From an uncultured Prevotellaceae bacterium (lineage in GTDB: Bacteria; Bacteroidota; Bacteroidia; Bacteroidales; Bacteroidaceae): a stretch of DNA of 33,481 nt. The stretch covers positions 1 through 33,481 of the forward strand of contig CALZGT010000001.1 in assembly GCA_945787235.1 (NCBI GenBank). The letters run 5' to 3'. Below, in pieces: positions 23,344 through 32,659 of this stretch. The notes under the pieces are model-generated. The model worked only from the letters and a program-made list of their open reading frames with translations. It ran no database searches and was not told the DNA's origin. The position numbers and the translations under genes are program-made. Numbering within the stretch: position 1 is the stretch's first letter; every line of letters begins with the position of its first letter.

Positions 23344-25362
23344 TCACCCTTTATTTTTCTTTTTTCGCAGCTGTTCTGCAATACTCCAGTTCAACTGAGC
23401 CTCTTCTTCCTGTCCATTCCGTGCCAATGCGTCACCCAGCAGTTCGTAGGATCTGGCATGTTCCTGTTTCAGACTGGTGGCATGGCTAAAGTCGTTGATG
23501 GCCATCCCGAACTCGTTCATGGCCAGGTGCAATCGCCCCAGGTTGTACCATCCCTTGAAGTACGCAGGACTCATCTTTGTCACCTTCTTCAGGCATTTCT
23601 GAGCCTCGTGGTAATCCCCCTCGTCCATCAGTGTGACACCTTTTCTCGTCCATGCGTCAATGAAGGTAGGGTAGAGTTCGATGGCCTTGTCGTAGTTCTT
23701 CAGCGCAGCCTGTGCGTTGTGTGCCTCCGTGATACATACGTTACCCATTTCGTAGTACTCCCTTGCATATTTTTGCAGTTGCCTTTGTTGCGCGAGCATC
23801 TCAGCCTTGAGTGCCTTGTTCTCCTCCCTGAGCCGTCGGATGATGCCCAGTTTGTACTGCAGGAATCTGCGTGGCAACGGTTTCTCAATATCATAGCGGG
23901 CGTGGATGGCTACGAAGAAATGGTTGAGAGCCTCCGGGATGTCACCCTCGTTGAAACAGCGTATCGCCGCTTCATACTCAATATCCGCCTTGGCAGTCTG
24001 CAGGGCACGCTGCACCGCTCCCTCGTCATTGAAATGGGAAGCAAACTGTGTCACTTCCGGCCTGACGAAGACCTGCGTATGCGTAACAGGCTGGCAGAGC
24101 GTCATTCCCTCCAATGAACGGCAACGGCTCAGGGCCACGTAGGCTTGTCCCCCGGCGAAAGTCCCACTACCGAAGTCTATGGTAGCCTTCTCGAATGTCA
24201 GTCCCTGACTCTTGTGTATGGTGATGGCCCATGCCAGTCGTACGGGCAGTTGCACGTAGGTTCCCAGTGTCTCCTCCTCTATCTTCTTCTCCTCCTCGTT
24301 GTAGGTATAGCGTACGTTCTCCCATACCTCACGGCCCACCGTGTATTCTTCCCCCCTTTCGGTGATGATACCCAGTTCCTCCTTCTCCTCGTCAATCTCA
24401 GTGATGGTACCCAGCGTCCCGTTCACCCACCTCTTGTCCTGGTCATTCTTGATGAAGATGACTTGTGCTCCCACCTTCAGTTCCAGTTCCATAGGGGTTG
24501 GCATCATGCTATCGGGGAAGTCTCCCTTTACTTTGCCACGGAACACCGAAGGCTTCCCCGGCAGACGGTTCAGTTCCGACTCGTTGATGAAGTCCACGTT
24601 GTCGCGTCGGGTAGCCAACGTAATTCCCATGTTCATGGGTTCTCCCTCCTTAGGTTGCGTGTAGGCAGGTCTTGTGCCTACCCTTGTGTTCAGCAGACGC
24701 AGTTCCGTTTCCGAGATGCTGCCTGTCCTCACGTGATCCAGCGTACGGATGAAGACCGGGTCCTTCTGCCTGTAAACCTTGCTCAGTTCTATGCTGACCA
24801 ATTCCATTTCCCTGAATACGCGTGCTGAGAAGAAAAACGGGTTGGGGTAGAACCGCCTCAGTATCTCCCGTTCCTCTCCCTTCACCACGGGTTCGAGTTG
24901 GAAGACATCTCCTATCAACAACATCTGTTTTCCTCCGAATGGCATCCTGAAGTTGCCCGTATAGGTTCGCAGAATGCGGTCGATGAAGTCGATGATGTCA
25001 GCCCTCACCATGGAAATCTCGTCGATGATGATGAGCTCCAGTTCACGGAGTAGCTTGATGTGCGGCTTGCTGTACTTGAGGAAATCCTTCAGCCTTCTTC
25101 CTGCATAGCGAGTGTCGTCCGGCACCAGGGGATGAAAGGGAAGCTTGAAGAAACTATGCAGCGTCTGTCCCCCCGCGTTGATGGCTGCTATGCCCGTGGG
25201 AGCCAGCACTACATGCTTTTTCTTCGTTACGCTGCATACATAACGCAGGAACGTACTCTTTCCCGTGCCCGCCTTTCCAGTCAGAAAGAGCGAGTGATGA
25301 GTATGTGTAATGAGGTTGAGTGCCTGTTGGAACTCCGCCCCGCTGGTATCTATTTCTTGCAT
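23344..25362 (-). CDS. Pif1/RecD-family SF1B helicase fused to C-terminal TPR repeats (672 aa)
   Basis: Walker A LTGKAGTGKST. Walker B IIIDEISMV. Pif1-type region MPFGGKQMLLIGDVFQLEPV. VYRQKD. C-terminal helicase motif ITIHKSQGLTF. The last ~200 aa resemble TPR repeats (YDKAIELYPTFIDAWTRKGVTLMDEGDYHEAQKCLKKVTKMSPAYFKGWYNLGRLH...). Confidence 0.8.
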   Translation of the reverse strand: MQEIDTSGAEFQQALNLITHTHHSLFLTGKAGTGKSTFLRYVCSVTKKKHVVLAPTGIAAINAGGQTLHSFFKLPFHPLVPDDTRYAGRRLKDFLKYSKPHIKLLRELELIIIDEISMVRADIIDFIDRILRTYTGNFRMPFGGKQMLLIGDVFQLEPVVKGEEREILRRFYPNPFFFSARVFREMELVSIELSKVYRQKDPVFIRTLDHVRTGSISETELRLLNTRVGTRPAYTQPKEGEPMNMGITLATRRDNVDFINESELNRLPGKPSVFRGKVKGDFPDSMMPTPMELELKVGAQVIFIKNDQDKRWVNGTLGTITEIDEEKEELGIITERGEEYTVGREVWENVRYTYNEEEKKIEEETLGTYVQLPVRLAWAITIHKSQGLTFEKATIDFGSGTFAGGQAYVALSRCRSLEGMTLCQPVTHTQVFVRPEVTQFASHFNDEGAVQRALQTAKADIEYEAAIRCFNEGDIPEALNHFFVAIHARYDIEKPLPRRFLQYKLGIIRRLREENKALKAEMLAQQRQLQKYAREYYEMGNVCITEAHNAQAALKNYDKAIELYPTFIDAWTRKGVTLMDEGDYHEAQKCLKKVTKMSPAYFKGWYNLGRLHLAMNEFGMAINDFSHATSLKQEHARSYELLGDALARNGQEEEAQLNWSIAEQLRKKKNKG

Positions 25363-25364
25363 AA

Positions 25365-27602
25365 CTAAAAATGTTCTCTATATCTTGCAAAGGTACTGTC
25401 GCGCAGTACCCGCCCCATGAAACCCGCACAGACAGGCAGAGCTGTCTTGTTGCCCTGCCCCATCTCACCGGTGCGGAAATGTATGCAGCGGTATTCACCA
25501 CCCACCCAGCATCCACATACCAGTCTCGGTGTCACTGCCACAAACCACGCATCACTGTGGTTGTTGCTGGTTCCTGTCTTTCCACCCCAGTCTGTCAGCT
25601 GATAAGTGTCCTGTCCGATGATCGGCCTCAGGTTATAGCTCGTGCCCTTCATACATGCCCGTAGCAGTTCTACCAGTTGTGAAGCAGTCCTCTCCGGTAT
25701 GGCTTGCACCTCCCTGCGTTGTGCCTCAAAGATGACTTTTCCCTCCCGGTCCTCCATGCGTGTTATCAAAATGGGATGGTTGTACCTTCCCTCCTCTATG
25801 GGAGTGCAGTAAGCATTGGTAAGTTCCAACAGCGTTACGTCACTGGCTCCCAGGGCCAGGGACGGTTTGCGCACCATGGGGGTGAGAATGCCCATTGCCT
25901 TGGCTGTTTCGGCAATCCTTTCTATGCCGCATTCATAGCCCAGCAGGACAGCGATACTGTTGATGCTCACGGCAAATGCCTCGTGGAGCGTCACCTCCTG
26001 GTTCGTAAAATGTCCGTCCGAATTATGTGGTGCCCAGAAGCAGGGAACACCCTCTGTCGTGGTGTCCGGGTACTGTCGGTAGCTGTCCATGCGTCGGTCC
26101 TCGGGGCGTAGCCCTTGGTTCAGTGCCTCGGCATAGACGAAGAGTTTGAATGTAGAACCAGGTTGCCGCAAGGCTGTGACCTTGTCGTACTGCCAGGTGT
26201 CAAAGTCCACGTCGCCCACCCATGCCTTCACTTCGCGGGTGTCCGGTTCGATGGCCACCATGCCGCAGTGCAGGAAGGCCACCGCATGCCGTATGGAATC
26301 CATGACACTTATTTCACGCCATTCTCGCCCTTTGTAGGTAAACATCCTGACAGGATGCCTGTCCTCCCGCAGGTGATGGAAGATGCTGTCCTCATTTCCT
26401 CCGTATTTCTTGCTGTAGTATGCATAGTAGCCCGTTTTTCGGGCCAGATTCTCTATGAAGCCAGGCATTTCCCTGAACTGTCCATCCCGCCAGGGATGCT
26501 GTCCCTCCCAATGCTCGTCAAACTTCTCCTGAAGGTATGCCATCTGTTCCCTTACCGCCCCCTCGGCATGTCTTTGCAGACGTGTGTTGAGTGCCGTATA
26601 GATACGCAGTCCCTCCTCCCTGAGGTTGATGGGGTGTTCCTTGTCGTACCCTTCTATGTACCCTTGGTTGCACAATCTGTGGATTTCCTTTTTCACAGCC
26701 TGTACGAAGTAGGGTGCCACCTCCTTATCCTCCAGCCCTGCCGTAGGTTTTGCCAGTTTGAGCGGCAAGGCCTTAAGGGAGTCCAGTTGTGCAGCGGTGA
26801 CCTTTCGCCCCTGCACGCTCAGGTGTCCTTTTTCATAGACCTGTGTCAGCACCGTATTCCTTCTCCTCAGACAGTTTTCCGCATTCGTGCGTGGGTTATA
26901 CAGGGTGGTTCCCTTCAGCAGTCCCACCAGTGTGGCAGCCTCTTCCAGTTTCAGTTCCTGAGGATTACATCCAAAGTACCTGCGGCATGCCGTTTGGATG
27001 CCATATGCATTGCCACCGAAATCCATCGTGTTGAGATAAAGCGTCACGATGTCCTCCTTGCTCAGTACACGTTCCATTTTCAGGGCAATGATCCATTCCT
27101 TCAATTTCTGAACCCACAGCATGTGGCCCCATCGCCCCCTGTCATGTTCCTTCTGTCCTCTTACAAAGAGATTCTTGGCCAGTTGCTGTGTCAGGGTACT
27201 TGCTCCACGTGCCTTGCCTCGCGCCATGTCCCTTCCGGCTGCCAGAAGCCCCATGAGGTCGATGCCCCTGTGGTTATAGAACCTCTCATCCTCCGTGTCA
27301 ATGAGCGTGTGGATGAGCAGGGGAGGCAGGTCTGTGTATTCCACCCAGGTGCGGTCCTCATCGTAGCATCTGTTCAGCAGCACGTTGTCCTCACTGTATA
27401 TCACGCTCGTCTCCTTGTTGACATAACGTGCCCGTCGTATCTCTTCCAGTGAGGGAGAGTGTCCGAACCATCCGAACAGGTTGTTGTCGATGGCAAGCAG
27501 ACCAAGCAGTGAGAGCGTGAAGAAGGTCAGCAACCACATCAAGATGCGTCTGTACCATCGTCCTCCATACAGTCTGTTCCAGGTCTTCTTCCAGTTTTTC
27601 AT
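25365..27602 (-). CDS. mrcA: Class A penicillin-binding protein (PBP1A; GT51 transglycosylase plus transpeptidase)
   Basis: N-terminal TM helix. GT51 motifs EDERFYNHRGID and GASTLTQQLAKN. Transpeptidase motifs STFK (PGSTFKLF), SIN (AVSINSI) and KTGTSN. Confidence 0.9.
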   Translation of the reverse strand: MKNWKKTWNRLYGGRWYRRILMWLLTFFTLSLLGLLAIDNNLFGWFGHSPSLEEIRRARYVNKETSVIYSEDNVLLNRCYDEDRTWVEYTDLPPLLIHTLIDTEDERFYNHRGIDLMGLLAAGRDMARGKARGASTLTQQLAKNLFVRGQKEHDRGRWGHMLWVQKLKEWIIALKMERVLSKEDIVTLYLNTMDFGGNAYGIQTACRRYFGCNPQELKLEEAATLVGLLKGTTLYNPRTNAENCLRRRNTVLTQVYEKGHLSVQGRKVTAAQLDSLKALPLKLAKPTAGLEDKEVAPYFVQAVKKEIHRLCNQGYIEGYDKEHPINLREEGLRIYTALNTRLQRHAEGAVREQMAYLQEKFDEHWEGQHPWRDGQFREMPGFIENLARKTGYYAYYSKKYGGNEDSIFHHLREDRHPVRMFTYKGREWREISVMDSIRHAVAFLHCGMVAIEPDTREVKAWVGDVDFDTWQYDKVTALRQPGSTFKLFVYAEALNQGLRPEDRRMDSYRQYPDTTTEGVPCFWAPHNSDGHFTNQEVTLHEAFAVSINSIAVLLGYECGIERIAETAKAMGILTPMVRKPSLALGASDVTLLELTNAYCTPIEEGRYNHPILITRMEDREGKVIFEAQRREVQAIPERTASQLVELLRACMKGTSYNLRPIIGQDTYQLTDWGGKTGTSNNHSDAWFVAVTPRLVCGCWVGGEYRCIHFRTGEMGQGNKTALPVCAGFMGRVLRDSTFARYREHF

Positions 27603-27623
27603 CTGTTCCTGCTTCCCTTTCTT

Positions 27624-28586
27624 CTACTTTGGTTGGCTCATCTCCTTGTCGATGTATGACATGATGCCCTGAAGGTCATCGGGGTGAAACCAGTGAATGT
27701 CCGGGTCTTTGGCGAACCATGTCATCTGTTTCTTGGCATATACGCGTGTATTCTTCTTTATCCTTTCAAAGGCTTCTTCCAACGTGGTTATCTTTCCCTT
27801 TATCCTCAGAGTCCTCCGTTCCTCTTCTGGTTTGTCCTTGTGGTCAAGGTACTCGAAGATTTCCTTGTAGCCTACCGTATTGAGGGCGTTGAGGTGACGA
27901 TGCTGAAAGTGGCGCATGGCCTCTTCCAGTAGCCCCTCCTCCCTCATCCTATCGACCCGTTGGTTGATACGTGCGAAGAGCTCTTCCCGAGAGCGTTGCA
28001 GTCCAACCTTGATGATGTGGAAAGGGCGTTCCTTGAGGTTCTGCGTGCGGAAGGAAGAGTACGTCCTTCCCGAGGTGTGACAGACCTCCAGGGCATGTAC
28101 CACGCGCCGTGTGTTGTGCCTGTCAACCTGCTCGTAATAGGCAGGGTCGAGTCTTTTCAGTTCTGCCAGCAGACTTTCCAGCCCCTCTTTCTTCAACCGT
28201 TCCTTCATCCATTGACGTGTAGCGTCTCCAATGGTAGGAATATCGTCGATGCCCTTGCACACCGCATCAATGTACATCATGCTGCCTCCCGAGAGGATGA
28301 CGGTGTCCAGTCCCTTTTCCTCGAAGAGTTTCGTCAGGCACTTCATCGCTTCCTCCTCGTAACGTGCTGCGCTATAATAATCATCCAGTGCCAGAGTTCC
28401 CACGAAGTGGTGCTCTGCTCTGGCCAACTGTGCTGAGGTGGGTGCTGCGGTACCTATCTTGAGGTCACGGAACAATTGACGGCTGTCACAATTAAGGATG
28501 GGACAGCCGTAGTACTCGGCAAGCAGCAAACTCAATTCCGTTTTGCCGATACCTGTGGGGCCAAGGAGAACGAGAAGAGTTTTCAA
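27624..28586 (-). CDS. miaA: tRNA dimethylallyltransferase
   Basis: P-loop [13 protein letters not shown] at the extreme N-terminus and IPPT-family similarity throughout. The start codon is TTG (caa at 28584-28586), immediately preceded by an in-frame TAA, so no upstream ATG is available. Confidence 0.88.
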   Translation of the reverse strand: MKTLLVLLGPTGIGKTELSLLLAEYYGCPILNCDSRQLFRDLKIGTAAPTSAQLARAEHHFVGTLALDDYYSAARYEEEAMKCLTKLFEEKGLDTVILSGGSMMYIDAVCKGIDDIPTIGDATRQWMKERLKKEGLESLLAELKRLDPAYYEQVDRHNTRRVVHALEVCHTSGRTYSSFRTQNLKERPFHIIKVGLQRSREELFARINQRVDRMREEGLLEEAMRHFQHRHLNALNTVGYKEIFEYLDHKDKPEEERRTLRIKGKITTLEEAFERIKKNTRVYAKKQMTWFAKDPDIHWFHPDDLQGIMSYIDKEMSQPK

Positions 28587-28616
28587 TTAACAATGAATAA
28601 TTAACAATTAATAATG

Positions 28617-28792
28617 GTTGTGCGGAAAAGCTAGAATAACTAGTATAGCTAGGTCAGCTAGATTAGCTAGATTAACTAGATTAACTAGATAAACTAGTAG
28701 AACTAGAATAACTAGAATAACTAGACTGACTAGACTGACTAGACTGACTAGCTTGGCTAGCTTAACTGGATAACTAGCTTAACTAGCACAAC
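28617..28792. repeat. 9-bp-periodic CTAG-core tandem array (18 CTAG units plus 1 degenerate) bracketed by a 7-bp inverted repeat, upstream of miaA
   Basis: CTAG occurs every 9 bp without a phase break from 28631 to 28757 (15 sites). Then CTGG at 28766 and CTAG at 28774 and 28783. ctagactga is repeated perfectly 3 times (28721-28747). ctagattaa occurs twice and ctagaataa three times. Inverted repeat gttgtgc (28617-28623) pairs with gcacaac (28786-28792). Confidence 0.92.
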
Positions 28793-28800
28793 TTGCACTG

Positions 28801-29337
28801 TCAATTCTCAATGATATCATACCCTTCGGAGTCAAACTCTTCCTCCTCAAAACCCTCGTCCCCGTAGAATGATTCATCCAGTTCAGTGGTTGTTGTCTGG
28901 GTTGTTGCGTTCTCGGGCTCTTCCGCTTCCAGTGTCTGTGCGGGAGGTACTCCGGCGCGCCGTTTCACTACAGGTTTTTCCTGTCGTGTGCCAAAAGAGG
29001 TCTCTGTAAGTTCCAGGAGGAAGATGCGTCGGTCTTCTGGGTCAAAGCGATATGCCAGTCGTTGTCCCTCATCCTCGAGGAAATCTCCAAGCATAGTGTC
29101 CTCCATGAGATAGATATCCTCATCGGAATGTGATGCTTCCTCTTCCTGCAGGAAAATGCGGTGTTCGGGTCTCCAGTCCTCATCGCAGATGTAGAAGCGA
29201 TGCTTGTCACCCTCTTTGTAGTGACATGCCTGGAGGATAAGCCTGTGCAAATCCAGGAAGGTGGCATTCGCATCAATGAGAATTTCCAGTGCGAAATCCT
29301 CCACCTCTTCCGATGCCAATGTGATTTTTAGATTCAT
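28801..29337 (-). CDS. Small acidic protein, probably pRiA4b ORF-3-like / MM3350-like fold (178 aa)
   Basis: ATG at 29335-29337. The N-terminal ~110 aa (MNLKITLASEEVEDFALEILIDANATFLDLHRLILQACHYKEGDKHRFYICDEDW...) resemble Bacteroidales proteins annotated as the pRiA4b ORF-3 / IS1096 passenger TnpR family. This rests on recall only. The C-terminal tail is acidic and low complexity. Confidence 0.5.
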   Translation of the reverse strand: MNLKITLASEEVEDFALEILIDANATFLDLHRLILQACHYKEGDKHRFYICDEDWRPEHRIFLQEEEASHSDEDIYLMEDTMLGDFLEDEGQRLAYRFDPEDRRIFLLELTETSFGTRQEKPVVKRRAGVPPAQTLEAEEPENATTQTTTTELDESFYGDEGFEEEEFDSEGYDIIEN

Positions 29338-29377
29338 AGTATTATCCTTTCCCCCTCCCTCCCCATCGTGGGGGAAG

Positions 29378-29412
29378 GGGCTGCCTTTCCTGTGGGGGAA
29401 TGGGTGCAGCCC
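29378..29412 (-). terminator. 7-bp GC-rich hairpin after the lpxA stop, within a G/C-tract-rich spacer
   Basis: gggctgc (29378-29384) pairs with gcagccc (29406-29412), with a 21-nt loop. No U-tract. Function uncertain. Confidence 0.25.
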
Positions 29413-29427
29413 TTACTGTAATCCTTA

Positions 29428-30201
29428 CTATCTGATGAATCCCCTCTGTCCTGTCCAGTCTATGAAGTCCAGGATATACTGTATCTCAGGGCTCATGGGA
29501 ATCTCATTCTTCACTCTCTCCAGGTTGTCGGCTAGTTTGCCTCCTCCCAGGATAATCTGGTAAGACTTGTGTATGTTGTTGATGAGTTCTCTGTCGAAGC
29601 CGCGGCGTTTCAGTCCTACGAGGTTCAGTCCGCAGAAAGCAGCCGGGTCTCTTGCCACCATGGAGTAGGGCAGGATGCTCTGGCTGAATCGTGTACCACC
29701 TCCCACCATGGCATGGCTTCCCACACGGCAGAACTGGTGCATGAGCACACCCGCGCTGAGGATGGCATTGTCATCAATGACAATCTCACCTGCCAGCTTG
29801 GTGCTGTTGCCGATGATGCAGCCGTTGCCCACCACGGCATCATGTGCCACATGACATCCCTCCATCAGCAGGTTGTTGCTGCCCACCTTGGTGCGGTTCT
29901 GTGCAGCGGTACCCCGGTTGATGGTCACGTTCTCACGTATCTTGTTGTTGTCACCGATGATGGCCAGTGTATCCTCTCCCTGGAATTTCAGGTCCTGGGG
30001 AACTGCGCTGATGACGGCACCCGGAAAAATGATATTTCCATTGCCGATGCGGGCACCGTACAGTACTGTCACGCTGTTCATCAGCGTGTTGTTGTCTCCG
30101 ATTTCTACATTCTGGTCGATGTAGCAGAATGGACCGATTTCGCAGTTCTCACCGATTTTGGCATCGGGATGAATATAAGCTAAAGGACTGATTTTTGACA
30201 T
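29428..30201 (-). CDS. lpxA: Acyl-ACP--UDP-N-acetylglucosamine O-acyltransferase
   Basis: Start revised to MSKISPLAYIHPDAKIGENCEIGPF (cat at 30199-30201; 257 aa). This removes the overlap with lpxC-fabZ. Hexapeptide-repeat left-handed beta-helix with a C-terminal helical domain. Sits in lipid A gene context. Confidence 0.9.
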   Translation of the reverse strand: MSKISPLAYIHPDAKIGENCEIGPFCYIDQNVEIGDNNTLMNSVTVLYGARIGNGNIIFPGAVISAVPQDLKFQGEDTLAIIGDNNKIRENVTINRGTAAQNRTKVGSNNLLMEGCHVAHDAVVGNGCIIGNSTKLAGEIVIDDNAILSAGVLMHQFCRVGSHAMVGGGTRFSQSILPYSMVARDPAAFCGLNLVGLKRRGFDRELINNIHKSYQIILGGGKLADNLERVKNEIPMSPEIQYILDFIDWTGQRGFIR

Positions 30202-30211
30202 ATCAAATAGT

Positions 30212-31600
30212 TTATTTGTTCTTGGCAATCTGTGCCGTGAAAGTTGCTTCCATGACACACGTCTCTCCTACGAAGGCAAATCCTCTCATGGTGGCTATGT
30301 TGTGGCGGATGGGGGTGACGAAGGCCACCTTGAAGACCAGAGTGTCTCCAGGCACAACCTTGTACCGGAACTTTACGTCATCAATCCTCAGGAAGTATGT
30401 GCTCCATCTCTCCGGTTCCTCCACCCCGTTCAGCACCAACAGACCTCCGCACTGTGCCAGTGCCTCGATTTGCAGTACGCCGGGCATGACTGGTTCCGTG
30501 GGGAAATGACCCTGGAAGAAAGGTTCGTTGGCCGTCACGTTCTTTACGCCCACGATGTACTTGGTACCCATGTCGATGACCTTGTCCACCAACTGCATGG
30601 GGTAGCGGTGTGGCAGGAGTTCGCGGATGCGTATGTTGTCCATGACAGGTTCCTTGTTGGGGTCGTACTTGGGAGCCTGCACGTCGTACTTCTTGATTTC
30701 CTTGCGTACCATCCGTGCGAACTTGTTGTTGATGGTATGCCCAGGACGCGTGGCGATGACCCGTCCCAGAATGGGGCGTCCTATCAGAGCCATGTCTCCG
30801 ATGATGTCCAGCAGCTTGTGACGTGCCGGTTCATTCTCCCACATCAGCGGCTTGTGCTGCAGGTATCCCATGTCCTTGGCATCGTGCTGCTCGGCTCCCG
30901 TCAGTTGGCACAATTTGTCAAGGTTCTCCTGCGGCAGTTCATTCTCATAGATGACGATGGCGTTGTCCAGGTCACCTCCCTTGATGAGTCCAGCCATGAG
31001 CAGCGGTTCTATCTCACGCACGAAGACAAAGGTGCGAGCCTTGGCCACTTCGGTGCTGAACAGGTCCATCTTGTCAAGTGTGGCAAACTGCGTGTTGAGG
31101 ACTTTGGAGTTGAAGGCAATCATCGTGGTGATGCTGAACTCCTCATCGGGAAGCAGCGTGATGCATGACCCCGTCTTCTCGTCCTTCACCTCCATCTTGC
31201 TCTTGATGATGAAGTAATTCTTCTCCTTCTCCTGTTCCTTGATGCCTACCCGGTTTATCTCATCTACATAGAGTTCCGCACTTCCATCCAGGATAGGGAA
31301 CTCAGGTCCATCTACCTGGATAAGTACGTTGTCGATGCCCAGGGCATAGAGTGCCGCCATGGCATGTTCCACGGTGCTACACCGTGCCTCACCCTTGGCC
31401 AGCACCGTGCCGCGTGTAGTCTCCACCACGTTCTCTGCCACCGCATCAAAGATGGGTTGTCCCGGCAAATCGACACGCTGTATCTTGTAACCATAGTCCT
31501 GCTCGGCAGGCAGGAACGTTACGGTGAGTTGCAGTCCCGTGTGCAGTCCTTTTCCGCTGAGTGAGAAACTATCGCATAGTGTACATTGCTTGTTTGTCAT
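30212..31600 (-). CDS. lpxC: Bifunctional UDP-3-O-acyl-GlcNAc deacetylase / 3-hydroxyacyl-ACP dehydratase (LpxC-FabZ fusion)
   Basis: The 462-aa fusion is typical of Bacteroidota. The N-terminal LpxC half reads [10 protein letters not shown]...[10 protein letters not shown]...HKLLDIIGD. The C-terminal FabZ hot-dog half reads [23 protein letters not shown]. Confidence 0.92.
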   Translation of the reverse strand: MTNKQCTLCDSFSLSGKGLHTGLQLTVTFLPAEQDYGYKIQRVDLPGQPIFDAVAENVVETTRGTVLAKGEARCSTVEHAMAALYALGIDNVLIQVDGPEFPILDGSAELYVDEINRVGIKEQEKEKNYFIIKSKMEVKDEKTGSCITLLPDEEFSITTMIAFNSKVLNTQFATLDKMDLFSTEVAKARTFVFVREIEPLLMAGLIKGGDLDNAIVIYENELPQENLDKLCQLTGAEQHDAKDMGYLQHKPLMWENEPARHKLLDIIGDMALIGRPILGRVIATRPGHTINNKFARMVRKEIKKYDVQAPKYDPNKEPVMDNIRIRELLPHRYPMQLVDKVIDMGTKYIVGVKNVTANEPFFQGHFPTEPVMPGVLQIEALAQCGGLLVLNGVEEPERWSTYFLRIDDVKFRYKVVPGDTLVFKVAFVTPIRHNIATMRGFAFVGETCVMEATFTAQIAKNK

Positions 31601-32640
31601 TGTTCCAGTTTTTTCTTTAGGTCATCGATTTCCTTCTTCAGTTGGTTCACCGTGGCATTCAACTCAGGCAGGTTCTTGAATACCACGCTGCTCCGCCAGA
31701 AATTCTTGAAGTCTATGGCTGGACTACCCTGCAGGGCCGTACCCTCCTTCTTCACGCTGTTGGGAATACCCGCCTGTGCGCCCACCTGGGTGCGGTTGGC
31801 TATGGTGGCATGTCCTGCTATGCCCACCTGTCCTCCGAACATGCACCATTCACCCACCTTGGTACTGCCCGCTATGCCCACCTGTGCCGACATCACCGTG
31901 TGACTTCCTATCTCGTCGTTGTGGGCTATCTGTACCAGGTTGTCCAGTTTGACTCCGCTGTGTACGATGGTAGCCCCCATTACAGCCCTGTCGATACATG
32001 TATTGGCACCAATCTCCACGTCATCCTCTATGATGGCAATGCCAATCTGCGGTATCTTCTCATAGCCATTCTCTGTGGGCTGGAACCCGAATCCGTCCGC
32101 TCCTATCACACATCCGGCATGCAGTATGCAGCGGTTTCCTACCTTGCAGTCGTGGTAGATGACAGCGTTGCTGTATATCTCCGTGTTGTCACCCACCTTG
32201 GCATTCCTGCCTATGGTGACATGCGGATGCAGCACACATCCGTCTCCCACCTCCACTCCTTCTGCGATGGCCACGAAGGGACCAATGTAACAGTCCTTTC
32301 CCACCTTGGCTGTCGGGTCGATGAAAGCCAGTTCGCTGATACCCTTGCGCTTGGGTTTCATGCTCTCGTAAGCCTGTAGCAGTTTAGCCACAGCCTCTCG
32401 GGCATCGGACACCTTGATGAGGGTCGCCTTCACCTCCCTTTTGGGTTCGAAATTACTGTTCACCAACACTACGCTGCTTTCCGTCTCGTAGATGTAGTGC
32501 TCGTACTTCTCGTTGGCCAGGAAACTGATGCATCCCGGCTTTCCCTCTTCTATCTTGGCGAAATTGTTCACCTTAGCCCCCGGGTCTCCCACTACGGTAC
32601 CCTCTATGAGGCTCGCTATCATTTGTGCGGTAAATTCCAT
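31597..32640 (-). CDS. lpxD: UDP-3-O-(3-hydroxyacyl)glucosamine N-acyltransferase
   Basis: 347 aa. N-terminal LpxD domain, long hexapeptide-repeat region and a C-terminal coiled-coil helix. There is a 4-nt ATGA overlap with the lpxC-fabZ start (31597-31600). Confidence 0.9.
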   Translation of the reverse strand: MEFTAQMIASLIEGTVVGDPGAKVNNFAKIEEGKPGCISFLANEKYEHYIYETESSVVLVNSNFEPKREVKATLIKVSDAREAVAKLLQAYESMKPKRKGISELAFIDPTAKVGKDCYIGPFVAIAEGVEVGDGCVLHPHVTIGRNAKVGDNTEIYSNAVIYHDCKVGNRCILHAGCVIGADGFGFQPTENGYEKIPQIGIAIIEDDVEIGANTCIDRAVMGATIVHSGVKLDNLVQIAHNDEIGSHTVMSAQVGIAGSTKVGEWCMFGGQVGIAGHATIANRTQVGAQAGIPNSVKKEGTALQGSPAIDFKNFWRSSVVFKNLPELNATVNQLKKEIDDLKKKLEQ

Positions 32641-32659
32641 TCTTTGTTATTAGGTGTTT

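Noticed and set aside
23268-23381. N-terminal extension of the GH43-like ORF (MQNSCEKRKIKGDFLV...) that overlaps the helicase 3' end.
   Set aside because: The extension has no signal-peptide character and overlaps the upstream gene. It also contains the candidate TAnnTTTG promoter box. The internal ATG at 23267 gives a canonical signal peptide.
21345-23489. A 714-aa plus-strand ORF, along with many other long plus-strand ORFs (for example 206-1372, 8859-9941, 10432-11505, 14364-15176, 26115-27452 and 32726-33463).
   Set aside because: All lie fully antisense to minus-strand genes that have strong family signatures. Their translations are low complexity (rich in V, G, L, A, H, D) with no recognisable motifs, and several use non-ATG starts. 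They are shadow ORFs caused by codon bias.
29371-29404. G-quadruplex on the plus strand of the lpxA-downstream spacer.
   Set aside because: Four G-runs exist, but one loop is 13 nt and the runs are on the non-transcribed strand. The evidence is too weak to call a G4, so it is only noted within the spacer finding.
30202-30258. N-terminal extension of lpxA ([19 protein letters not shown]) that overlaps the lpxC-fabZ 3' end.
   Set aside because: LpxA homologues begin at the MSKISPLAYIHP-type sequence. The extension would create a 47-nt overlap with the preceding gene.
31597-31600. The ATGA overlap between lpxD and lpxC-fabZ as something unusual.
   Set aside because: This is an ordinary translational-coupling overlap, common in lipid A operons.
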